From: a virus
IMG/VR virus record: IMGVR_UViG_3300044712_001933
Span: 5,606 to 69,605 of that record
Length of the DNA stretch: 64,000 nucleotides
Reading direction: 5' to 3' (one strand)
Both the position numbers and the translations under genes were made by a program. Each line of letters opens with the position of its first letter. Position 1 is the stretch's first letter. Under the pieces are notes generated by a model. It saw only the letters and a program-made list of their open reading frames with translations, was not told the origin of the DNA and searched no databases. Below are positions 54,029-62,556 of the stretch, in pieces.

Positions 54029-54064
54029 CGGGCCTTTGTGTCATCGGCCCGATTTGGATGACAC
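54029..54064 (+). promoter_or_regulatory. H-type RNA pseudoknot in the primase leader
   Basis: CGGGCC/GGCCCG and GTGTCATC/GATGACAC, both perfect and crossing. Confidence 0.7.
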
Positions 54065-54093
54065 CGGGGGCCGCCAGGCCCCTGTGATTATAT

Positions 54094-56241
54094 ATGCTCC
54101 AATTTTTCACTGCTCCCAATCTTAGCGTCACTGCCGTCACCGAGAGTTCCCCTTGGGACTTTAACCCGGACCCGAAGGTCCTGCAGAATCTGCGGACTAT
54201 CCCGAAGAAGCAGCGGCGCGAACTCATACAGACTAAGACTATGGACTGGCAGGTATACTCTGCCATCCGCGGCCTTGGCCGGAATATCCGCATCTCGCGG
54301 GACAACCCCCCGATCGGGCTGCGCGGGCTGGTGGTCGACTACGACGCGGAGACGCCGGTGGAGCAAGTGATGGAGCTGTTGCGCAAGAGCCTCAACGAGT
54401 CTTTTTATCCCAACTTTTTGGAAATTTCCCTGGGCGGGAAATGCCGCTTGGTCTGGGTGTTCGAGCGCGAGATACTGGTGCCGAGCACCGAGTTTTGCTA
54501 CAGCCTTATCGCTGCGTTTTTCCGCAAGTTCAACGTGCCGATCCTCCTGGCCGGATACGATGCCAATTCGGAGAAGCCGAGCGAAATGTGGACGAACGGG
54601 GGCCAGTGGTATCAGTTCAAAGACGCCCCGCTGTCCTGGGAAATCTGTTTTGGCGTGGTTTGCGACGTGTCCAAAAAGTCCAGCCTGTTCACGCGTGGGG
54701 AAGTCCCCCTCGATACCATCGCGGAAGAGGTCCAGAAGCGCTTTCCCGGCCGCTGGAAGGGGGACTTTAAAGAAGGCGCCCTGGGTATCCGTTTCTGGGA
54801 CGAGACGGCGGACAACTCCACCGGCTGCCAGGTCAAGCCCGACGGTATGCTGTGCTTTACGGGCACGGTGCCCTTCATGTATTGGAAGGACATCTTCGGG
54901 TCGCAGTGGGTCGAAGAGAAGCGGATGCTTAACCTCGGCCGGGCCGCCGGCGACGTTTATTTCGACGGCCGGGAGTATTGGGAGCAGCTCGGAGACAGGT
55001 GGGTGGAATTCAGCCGGTCCGACGCCATCCTGGCCCTGAAAGACAAAGGTATCTCGGACAAGGTCCCCAAGGGTCAGGTCATTTCTGACGCCGAGCGGGT
55101 GCTGCGGCATATCCAAACCGTAAACCGTGTCGACGGTGTCGCCCCGTTAGTAAACTATCCGCCGGGCATCGTGATGATGCGTGGGGAACGCTTGCTGAAC
55201 ATCGGCGCGGTCACGGCCCTCCAGCCCATCAAAGGGCCGACTGGAGACCCCGCGCAAGACTTCCCCTTGATATGGAACTTTTTAAATGGGCTGTTCGCCC
55301 ACCCCGAGCTGTTCCCGCTCGACCACTTTCTGTCGTGGCTCAAACGGTCCTACATCTTGGCCAAGGATCGGAAGCGGCTGATGGGCCAGGCCATCTTTCT
55401 GTGCGGGCCCCGGAATAACGGCAAAACGCTCCTGTGCAATCGCATCATCTGCCCCATGTTGGGCAATCGGATGGCCAACCCCTACGACGTGCTCATGGGC
55501 GAATCCTCGTTTACAGACGATCTGTTTAGCAACATCCTGCTGGCGATCAATGACGAAGACGCGCCCACGTCGGAAGCCGACCGTCAGCACCTTACGACCA
55601 AAGTGAAATCGTTGGTCGTCAACCCGATCCAGACTTACCACGCCAAATTCAAGTCCAAGCAGCAGATCGACTGGTATGGCCGGCTCTTTGTCACGTTGAA
55701 CGAAGACCCGGGCTCGGTGGGAATCCTGCCTGAGGTGAACGCCAACACTGAGGACAAAATGATGTATTTCGCCTCTCAGGAATACAAAGGAGTCTGGCCG
55801 CAGTCCGAGGTGCTGGAAAAAACCATCGCCACGGAACTGCCCTACTTCGCCCACTGGCTGCTCTACGACTATAAAGAAAATCCAGAGGTGCTTTCGAATG
55901 ACCGTTTCGGGGTGAAGAGCTATTTCGATCCCAGCATCCTGAACCACGCCAAGCAACAGCTGCGTGCGCACGACTTGAGCGAGCTCTTGGCTGTCTGGTT
56001 TCGTCTGCAAGAAGACACCACCCAGACACCCTCTTTGGAATGGGTCGGCACGCCCACCCAGTTGTTGGCGGAACTCTCTACCCACGACACACTCCAGTCT
56101 GTGGTGCGCGAATGGACCGTCTATAAAGTTTCTCACGCTCTCACCCACCTGGCCCGCCAGGCAAACAGCGGAATCACCTATGACAAAGAGTCGTCGGTGC
56201 GCCAGTTCCGAATCCTCCGGTCGGCCGTCTGCAAAAGTTAA
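54094..56241 (+). CDS. Primase-helicase (prim-pol N-terminus plus SF3/DUF5906 NTPase)
   Basis: VVDYD, SLGGK.RLVW; GPRNNGKT, INDE, TLN. Confidence 0.85.
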   Translation: MLQFFTAPNLSVTAVTESSPWDFNPDPKVLQNLRTIPKKQRRELIQTKTMDWQVYSAIRGLGRNIRISRDNPPIGLRGLVVDYDAETPVEQVMELLRKSLNESFYPNFLEISLGGKCRLVWVFEREILVPSTEFCYSLIAAFFRKFNVPILLAGYDANSEKPSEMWTNGGQWYQFKDAPLSWEICFGVVCDVSKKSSLFTRGEVPLDTIAEEVQKRFPGRWKGDFKEGALGIRFWDETADNSTGCQVKPDGMLCFTGTVPFMYWKDIFGSQWVEEKRMLNLGRAAGDVYFDGREYWEQLGDRWVEFSRSDAILALKDKGISDKVPKGQVISDAERVLRHIQTVNRVDGVAPLVNYPPGIVMMRGERLLNIGAVTALQPIKGPTGDPAQDFPLIWNFLNGLFAHPELFPLDHFLSWLKRSYILAKDRKRLMGQAIFLCGPRNNGKTLLCNRIICPMLGNRMANPYDVLMGESSFTDDLFSNILLAINDEDAPTSEADRQHLTTKVKSLVVNPIQTYHAKFKSKQQIDWYGRLFVTLNEDPGSVGILPEVNANTEDKMMYFASQEYKGVWPQSEVLEKTIATELPYFAHWLLYDYKENPEVLSNDRFGVKSYFDPSILNHAKQQLRAHDLSELLAVWFRLQEDTTQTPSLEWVGTPTQLLAELSTHDTLQSVVREWTVYKVSHALTHLARQANSGITYDKESSVRQFRILRSAVCKS

Positions 56242-56281
56242 TAACTGTCGGTAGTTTTACACCCCCTCCCCCTAAAACCCT

Positions 56282-58051
56282 ATGATACCTGTTGTTGTAG
56301 ACTTCGAGTCGTATTACGACAAGAAGCTGTCCGTCAAAAATCTCGGCAACCCCAACTACGCGAAGGACACCTACGCGTATCTAATCGCGATCCTGGGAGA
56401 CGGGATCGAAGTCCTGGGAGACCCTCGGCAGCAAGACGCCCGGGAAATAATGGCCCAGTTGGCGCAGGATCCCGAGCTGGAGTTCTGGGCTGCCAATTCA
56501 AACTTCGACCAAACCTTGTGGGAGAAATATGCCCCTAGGACGGTCCACCCCTGGAAGTGCGTTTTGGACCTGGGCGCCTTTCATCAGTTTCCACGCAACG
56601 TGGCCGACCTGGCCCGCGTCGTGCTCGGCCGGAAGGTCGACAAGTCGGTCCGCGACGACATGGAAGGGCAGGACTTCGACACGCTACTCGATGAGGACAA
56701 AAAACGGGTGACCGACTACGGCTGGAACGACGTAGTCCAGGAAATGGACCTGTTGAAAGCGATGCGCCCCATGTCAGCAATCGAGGAACAAATCGCGGCC
56801 CATACCCGTATGATAAATCGCCGCGGGATCCACATCGACCTCGAGATGGTCGCCCGCGACAAGACCGCCCTCGAACAGATGCGCTTCGACGCCCTTCGCG
56901 CCATCCCGTGGCACGGCCACTCGGCTCCGCTGTCGTATGAGGCCCTGAAGGTCTACTGCAACTCCAAAGGGGTCCCGGTGCCCGTCAGCACCTCTAAAAC
57001 GGACGAGGAATGCGCGGACCTGGTGTCTGCCCATCCGGTCCTGGCCGACGTCCTGGGGAGCATGCGGAAGTTCAGGAAGGCGAACACGATGCTCAAGAAG
57101 GCTGATAGCCTTCTGATGCGCGTGACCGACGACGGGGTGCTTCCGCTAGACCTCATGTATTGCGGGGCGCCGCATACGCGCCGCTGGAGCAGCCGCGGCT
57201 TCAACGTGCAGAATCTCGACAAGGAGCCAATCGTGGTCCGCCCGGACCTGAAAGTCTGGACGCGCCACTGGCTCATTCCGCCGGCCGGCAAGACCTTCTA
57301 TATCGCAGACTTCGCCCAAATCGAGCCCCGGGTGCTGCACTGGCTGGCGAATGACGTGGCCATGCTCGAACTCTGCCGGCAGGGGTTTTCGGTCTACGAG
57401 GCTGCGGCGCGCGCCTGCAAGCTGTGGACCGGGGATGTCCCTCTCAAAAAGGGCAATCCGGACCTATACAAATGTGTGAAGGCCCAGGAATTAGGGCTGG
57501 GCTACGGCATGGGTGGGAAGACGTATTCTTCTAACAACCCGAGCATCTCTGAGGAAGCCGCGGAGCGGGAAGTGCAAGAATGGCGCCGGCGCAATCCGAA
57601 AATCACCCACTTTTGGAGGCGGATGGAAGCCCTCATCAAGCAGGCTTCGATGGACAAGGACAAGCACCTCGTCGTGGATATGCCGTCCGGGGACCTCTTG
57701 CAGCACTTCCACATCCGGTCCGACAAACGGTCCTGCCAATCGTTCACCATCAAGGGAGACTTCGGGCATCAGTCGCTACAGCCGCGCTTGTGGGGCGGCA
57801 CCCTTACAGAAAACGTCGTCCAGCGGACCGCCCGGGACCTCCTGGCCGACGCGGTAATCCGCCTGGAGAATGCCGGCCTTCCCGTGCTCTTCCACGCTCA
57901 CGACGAAGTCATCGTCGCCGTGGACGACACCGAAAAGGGCCGGGCAGAAGCTAAAGAAGCGGTGGACCGCATCATGGCGACTCCTCCGGAATGGGCAGCG
58001 GACCTTCCGCTCGCGTCCGAGGGGATCTTCTCGTCCCGTTACATAAAATAA
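56282..58051 (+). CDS. polA: DNA polymerase family A with 3'-5' exonuclease
   Basis: DFE, NFD, Y...D; TRRWSS, NVQN, DFAQIEPR, K...LGLGYG, ENVVQ, HDE. Confidence 0.95.
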   Translation: MIPVVVDFESYYDKKLSVKNLGNPNYAKDTYAYLIAILGDGIEVLGDPRQQDAREIMAQLAQDPELEFWAANSNFDQTLWEKYAPRTVHPWKCVLDLGAFHQFPRNVADLARVVLGRKVDKSVRDDMEGQDFDTLLDEDKKRVTDYGWNDVVQEMDLLKAMRPMSAIEEQIAAHTRMINRRGIHIDLEMVARDKTALEQMRFDALRAIPWHGHSAPLSYEALKVYCNSKGVPVPVSTSKTDEECADLVSAHPVLADVLGSMRKFRKANTMLKKADSLLMRVTDDGVLPLDLMYCGAPHTRRWSSRGFNVQNLDKEPIVVRPDLKVWTRHWLIPPAGKTFYIADFAQIEPRVLHWLANDVAMLELCRQGFSVYEAAARACKLWTGDVPLKKGNPDLYKCVKAQELGLGYGMGGKTYSSNNPSISEEAAEREVQEWRRRNPKITHFWRRMEALIKQASMDKDKHLVVDMPSGDLLQHFHIRSDKRSCQSFTIKGDFGHQSLQPRLWGGTLTENVVQRTARDLLADAVIRLENAGLPVLFHAHDEVIVAVDDTEKGRAEAKEAVDRIMATPPEWAADLPLASEGIFSSRYIK

Positions 58052-58064
58052 GCTGGAGTAATAC

Positions 58065-59249
58065 ATGTCTACAAAAATCGAAAAAGTCAAATCGTTGTTA
58101 ACGGCCGATCCACGGATGGGCCGAACCAAACTCGCCCGCGAGCTCGGGATCTCTGACGGTGAAGCCCGCCGGCTAATCACCATCGTTAAAAAAGGCCCGG
58201 TGATGGACGTCGACGACGGCCAGCCGGCGCCCGAGGTGAAAATCGAGGACCTCATCCCGACGGCGATGAAAATCTTGAAAAAGAACCCCATCACGCCGGC
58301 CAACTTGGCGGCCGCGCTGGGGCTGCCCGTAGACCGGGTGCCGGAGCTCCTGGATGAGCTAACCAAACTTCACTCGGTTGATGTCCAGGGCCACTTCCTG
58401 GTGCAGGAAACGCCCCCGTTTGGCCGGATCCCGGTGGAGGTGTTAAACCCACCCGGAGGGCGCATCCGGTGCGGCCTCGTGGCCGACACCCACCTGGCCT
58501 GCCGGGAGGAGCGCCTAGACGCCCTGCACGCCGTCTACGACCTCTACGAGCGCGAGGGAATCACCCAGGTCTACCACGCCGGAAACATCGTGGATGGGTA
58601 TGTCGCGCGCATCAACGGGGCCTCTGTGTGGTGCTCAACCCCGGATGACCAGGCTTACTACGTCCTGGACAACTACCCGGCCAGAGACGGCATCACGACG
58701 TACTTCGTGACAGGCGACGACCACGAAGGGTGGTGGATCAAGGAGGGCCTCAATTGGGGTGCCTACCTGACCATGCTGGCGGAGAAAGAGGGCCGGACAG
58801 ACCTCCAATACATCGGCCACGTTGAGGCAGACATCGAGTTTAAGGGGCCGGAGGGCAGCACCATAATGAAAGTCCAGCACCCCGGCGGAGGCAGCTGCTA
58901 CGCCCGTTCCTACGCCCCGCAGAAGACCATCGAGAGCCTCACCGGCGGGGAGAAGCCGGCCATCCTCGTGCAGGGCCACTACCACGTCAGCAACTACATG
59001 TTCGAGCGCAACGTGCACGTGGTCAACCTGCCCGGTTTTCAGGACCAAACGGTGTTCGGACGTAAGAAGCGGCTGCGCTTTGAGGTCGGCGGCGCCATCG
59101 TGTCGTTCACCCAGACCGACGGCGGCTCCGTGAGCCGTTTTAGCTGCGAGTTCCTGCCCTTCTTTGACCGGGGCTACTACAAGAAGTTTTTGCGGTCAGA
59201 CACCAAACTCGTGAAAGGACATCTCACTCATGGACGCTCAAAAAACTAG
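58065..59249 (+). CDS. Calcineurin-like metallophosphoesterase with N-terminal HTH
   Basis: ADTH, GNIVDG, GDDHE, HPGGG, GHYH. Confidence 0.9.
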   Translation: MSTKIEKVKSLLTADPRMGRTKLARELGISDGEARRLITIVKKGPVMDVDDGQPAPEVKIEDLIPTAMKILKKNPITPANLAAALGLPVDRVPELLDELTKLHSVDVQGHFLVQETPPFGRIPVEVLNPPGGRIRCGLVADTHLACREERLDALHAVYDLYEREGITQVYHAGNIVDGYVARINGASVWCSTPDDQAYYVLDNYPARDGITTYFVTGDDHEGWWIKEGLNWGAYLTMLAEKEGRTDLQYIGHVEADIEFKGPEGSTIMKVQHPGGGSCYARSYAPQKTIESLTGGEKPAILVQGHYHVSNYMFERNVHVVNLPGFQDQTVFGRKKRLRFEVGGAIVSFTQTDGGSVSRFSCEFLPFFDRGYYKKFLRSDTKLVKGHLTHGRSKN

Positions 59250-59553
59250 CCTAACGGCTGACGAGGCCAGAGCTAAAATCGTTGAACTGTGCGAGCGGAC
59301 GGCGCCGTTGCGCTTGCAGTATCTGGAACAGGCCCGGGTCGTGCAGGCGCTGTCTCTGCACTACCACAAGGAACGGCTAAAAGAGGCTTTCCCGGGGGCC
59401 GTGTTTGAAGAGCGCCCGCTCATCGTCGAACTGGACGCCAGAGAGACCCCGAAATCGCTGGACGTGAAGCTGGAGCAGCTCAAGCAGAACGGCGCCACTC
59501 CCAAGCACATAATCTTCGACTACCAGACCTACAAATACTTTGTATTTCTATGA
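59230..59553 (+). CDS. Hypothetical protein
   Basis: Coupled ORF, 107 aa. Confidence 0.6.
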   Translation: MDAQKTSLTADEARAKIVELCERTAPLRLQYLEQARVVQALSLHYHKERLKEAFPGAVFEERPLIVELDARETPKSLDVKLEQLKQNGATPKHIIFDYQTYKYFVFL

Positions 59554-60092
59554 TAATAGGACTCATCGGAAAGAAAAAGAGCGGCAAAGACACCCTTTTC
59601 GAACTGCTGCGCGGAAGAGCAGTATCTGAAGGTTTCCCTATCACCCGGTGCGCCTTCGCGGACCCCCTGAAACAGGAGGTGGCGCGCGCGTGCGGGGTCG
59701 ACCTTGCGACCATCGAAAAAGACAAAGACCGGTGGCGGACGATACTCCAGTGGTGGGGAACCGAGTTTCGCCGGCACTACAACGGCGAAGGGTATTGGCT
59801 GGCAAAAATGAGGGAGACCCTGGAAGCTGCTCGGCATAATTCGGTCATCCAGGTCATCACCGACACCCGTTTCCCGAATGAAGCAAAACTAATAGAGGAC
59901 ATGGGCGGCATCTTGGTCCGGATCGAGCGCGGCATCTGTAACGTGGGAGATCCTCACCCGTCGGAGACCGCCCTCGACGGATACCCTGTGACCATGAAGG
60001 TTTACAACAATGGGACGCTTGAGGTTTTGAAGATCCAAGCCGACCAAATCCTGCAGACTTACGTGTTCGCCCCCGGATCGAAAGCGGCTTGA
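59550..60092 (+). CDS. Deoxynucleoside monophosphate kinase
   Basis: IIGLIGKKKSGKDT, FADPLK, LQWWGTE, DTRFPNE, HPSE. Confidence 0.95.
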   Translation: MIIGLIGKKKSGKDTLFELLRGRAVSEGFPITRCAFADPLKQEVARACGVDLATIEKDKDRWRTILQWWGTEFRRHYNGEGYWLAKMRETLEAARHNSVIQVITDTRFPNEAKLIEDMGGILVRIERGICNVGDPHPSETALDGYPVTMKVYNNGTLEVLKIQADQILQTYVFAPGSKAA

Positions 60093-60117
60093 CCAGCTAG
60101 TAGGCGTGTACTACCTT
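60089..60117 (+). promoter_or_regulatory. Promoter for the second structural cluster
   Basis: TTGACC-17-TACCTT, the same -10 as the terS promoter. Confidence 0.6.
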
Positions 60118-60143
60118 AATAAGAAGGGGTAAAGGGGTAAAAT

Positions 60144-60698
60144 ATGGCAATTCAAAGTTCTGACATTCTGTTTAAACTGTCGACCACTGCGGGGTCCGCT
60201 GGCAACTCGGGCGCGCAGGCCGACATCAACGCTTCGCTGGGTAAGTACATCAGTACGACCCAGATTGCAGGCACGTTGCACAACCTTTTCGATAGGGTGA
60301 CCGGCGACGAAAACGCCGCCAACGGGACCGGGGTTGGGATCGAGTACCGGTGCATCTTCATCCACAACGCACACGCTTCGCTGCCGCTTCAATTGCCGGT
60401 GATCTGGATCTACTCCGAGGTCTCCGGGGGCTGCAACATCCGTATCGGGCTCGATACGACCGCTCAGTCGTTGATTGGCTCGGCATCCGCTCAAGCGCTG
60501 ACCATTGCCGACGTCAACACGGCCCCGGCAGGGGTTTCCTTCACCGCCCCCACTACCAAAGGCACCGGCATCAGCCTGGGGGCTACTTTGGACGCCGGCA
60601 AATGTATCGCCGTCTGGGTGGAGAGAAAGACCACCAACAGTGCCGCGAAAGATGCCGACGGCGTGACGTTGAAGGTCGAGGGCGATTCGGCCGAGTAA
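60144..60698 (+). CDS. Probable virion structural protein
   Basis: SLGKYIS, NLFD.V...E, EYRCIFIHN, AVWVER; AAGGGG RBS. Confidence 0.7.
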   Translation: MAIQSSDILFKLSTTAGSAGNSGAQADINASLGKYISTTQIAGTLHNLFDRVTGDENAANGTGVGIEYRCIFIHNAHASLPLQLPVIWIYSEVSGGCNIRIGLDTTAQSLIGSASAQALTIADVNTAPAGVSFTAPTTKGTGISLGATLDAGKCIAVWVERKTTNSAAKDADGVTLKVEGDSAE

Positions 60699-60718
60699 CC
60701 CACAAATTTCACCTTAGC

Positions 60719-60753
60719 GGGGCACTGTGCCGACTCGGCGGGTGCCCCTTTTT
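60719..60753 (+). terminator. Rho-independent terminator
   Basis: GGGGCAC..GTGCCCC plus T5. Confidence 0.7.
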
Positions 60754-60756
60754 AGT

Positions 60757-61260
60757 ATGGACTATACCGCTCTAAAAACCGAAATCGAAACCGACCCAGC
60801 CGGCCTGGGATATTGTGTCGATGGCGTTCGCAAGCCTGACCCTGAGATTCTCGCTTTGATCAATGCCGTGGATACTCGGTGGACCTACCGACCAGAGGCC
60901 GGCAAGATCCCGCTCACCAATCTGCTCGGGTATCTGACGCGGACCGGTATCATGGCGCGCCTCAGGCGCCTGGAGAATGCCATCTTCCCTGCTCACCTCG
61001 CAGACGCCCCGCAAGAGACAAAGGATATCCTGCAATCGTGTGGAATTGCGGTGCCTTTGCTCTTTACGACTTCCGGCATTGGCAATATCGACATCGACAA
61101 TTCGGACACCCAGGCGATCGCCGGCGCTCTTCTGCAGGCTGGCATCATCAACCAAACTGAGTACGACGGGATCCTGGCGCTATCTGATCTTCCGACCAGT
61201 AGGGCGATCTATCTTTTTGGTGACGCCGTCACCGAGGACAACGTCGAAAGGAGCCATTAA
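60757..61260 (+). CDS. Hypothetical protein (possible fibre chaperone)
   Basis: Start MDYTALKTEIETDP; TAATG-coupled downstream. Confidence 0.6.
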   Translation: MDYTALKTEIETDPAGLGYCVDGVRKPDPEILALINAVDTRWTYRPEAGKIPLTNLLGYLTRTGIMARLRRLENAIFPAHLADAPQETKDILQSCGIAVPLLFTTSGIGNIDIDNSDTQAIAGALLQAGIINQTEYDGILALSDLPTSRAIYLFGDAVTEDNVERSH

Positions 61261-61910
61261 TGGGAACCACCTACTCTGAGACATGGACCGATAACGTGGC
61301 CGTAGTGGCTCCTGCGGTCCTCGCTCGCGGCTCTAGCACTTCGGGAACCATCGACCTCCGCGCTAAGATCGGCGCCATGGTTACGATCAAAGTGGGTCGC
61401 GGCGGCACCGCTGCATTGACCAACGGAGTAGCCATCCTTCTGCGACCGATCATTAACAATGGCACCGCCACCACCGGGGGACGGGAAGCGGCTGGCATTG
61501 CACTTCAGTCAGGCACCACGGCTGCTGACCTTTCCACCACCGTCAACGTCACTGTTAATTCAGGGCAAAAGGAGGTGAAAACGGCCTCCATAACTGGATT
61601 TGCCGTGGGAGACTGGCTGTGCATTCAGGACTCGGGTGGCGGTGTCACAAGGCTGGAGTTTGGTCGCATAGCCAAGCTCTCCGTAGCGTCGGGAACAGGC
61701 GTCACGCTGGACAGGAACCTCGCCTACCAGCACACATCGGCCCAGGCTGATACCGTCAGGAACAAGTCGGACGTATTTGTGGAACAATGGCTTTACGGTG
61801 GGGCTTTGTGGGAAGTCGTATTCGATTATGCGGATGACGCTGCCGGTGATTCGGTAACCGTTGTTGCTCGTGCACGCACACTCGACTGCATAACCCAAAC
61901 CGTAGTGTAG
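61260..61910 (+). CDS. Probable structural protein, paralog 1
   Basis: Thr/Gly-rich beta protein similar to the next gene. Confidence 0.65.
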   Translation: MGTTYSETWTDNVAVVAPAVLARGSSTSGTIDLRAKIGAMVTIKVGRGGTAALTNGVAILLRPIINNGTATTGGREAAGIALQSGTTAADLSTTVNVTVNSGQKEVKTASITGFAVGDWLCIQDSGGGVTRLEFGRIAKLSVASGTGVTLDRNLAYQHTSAQADTVRNKSDVFVEQWLYGGALWEVVFDYADDAAGDSVTVVARARTLDCITQTVV

Positions 61911-61911
61911 A

Positions 61912-62553
61912 ATGGCCCTAACCTTCACGGAGAGTTGGACCGACAATGTGGAAGTCCTGGCGTATCAAATAGTGCAAGGATATTACGGGAACCCTGTAGG
62001 CACGCTCGATTTGACGGGAAAACTTGGGGCAATGGTCACAATCAAGATTGGACGACAATCTACCTCCTACGATTTAACTCCGTACACCACCTTCATAAAA
62101 ATCCGTAAAGTGAAGTCTGACACAGACGGTGACATCAGTGCAGACGGTTTTTATTACGGGATAGTGCAGGCCGCGCCTTTGGTGATGAATACGGTTTATG
62201 GAGGGGCCAGCGCCGGTGCATATGAAGTGCCCACATCTACAGTTTCTGGATTCGCGGCTGGAGAATGGGTAAGCATCTCCCAGGCGTACACGGTAAATCG
62301 TCTCGAATTCGCACGGATCGCCAAACTCACCGTAACCAGCGGAACCGGAATCACCCTGGACCGGCCCTTAATGTACTCACATCCCGGCGGAGAGGAAATT
62401 AATGGCAAGGCAATCGTGTTTGGTGAGTTATGGCTGGATGGTGGGTCTGCTTATGAGTTCTCGGCAAACATGCTGGCAGAGAATTCGATGAGAACCTTAC
62501 AAATAGGAGCAAAGGCAAGGACGCTCGATGCGATTATTCCCGTGATCGTTTAA
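61912..62553 (+). CDS. Probable structural protein, paralog 2
   Basis: Shares WTDNV, GAMVTIK.GR, RLEF.RIAKL.V.SGTG.TLDR and ARTLD with paralog 1. Confidence 0.65.
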   Translation: MALTFTESWTDNVEVLAYQIVQGYYGNPVGTLDLTGKLGAMVTIKIGRQSTSYDLTPYTTFIKIRKVKSDTDGDISADGFYYGIVQAAPLVMNTVYGGASAGAYEVPTSTVSGFAAGEWVSISQAYTVNRLEFARIAKLTVTSGTGITLDRPLMYSHPGGEEINGKAIVFGELWLDGGSAYEFSANMLAENSMRTLQIGAKARTLDAIIPVIV

Positions 62554-62556
62554 CAC

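Noticed and set aside
54012-54096. Pseudoknot-stimulated read-through or frameshift fusing SSB to primase
   Set aside because: In-frame TAA three codons after the TAG, and a TGA at 54085 in the primase frame.
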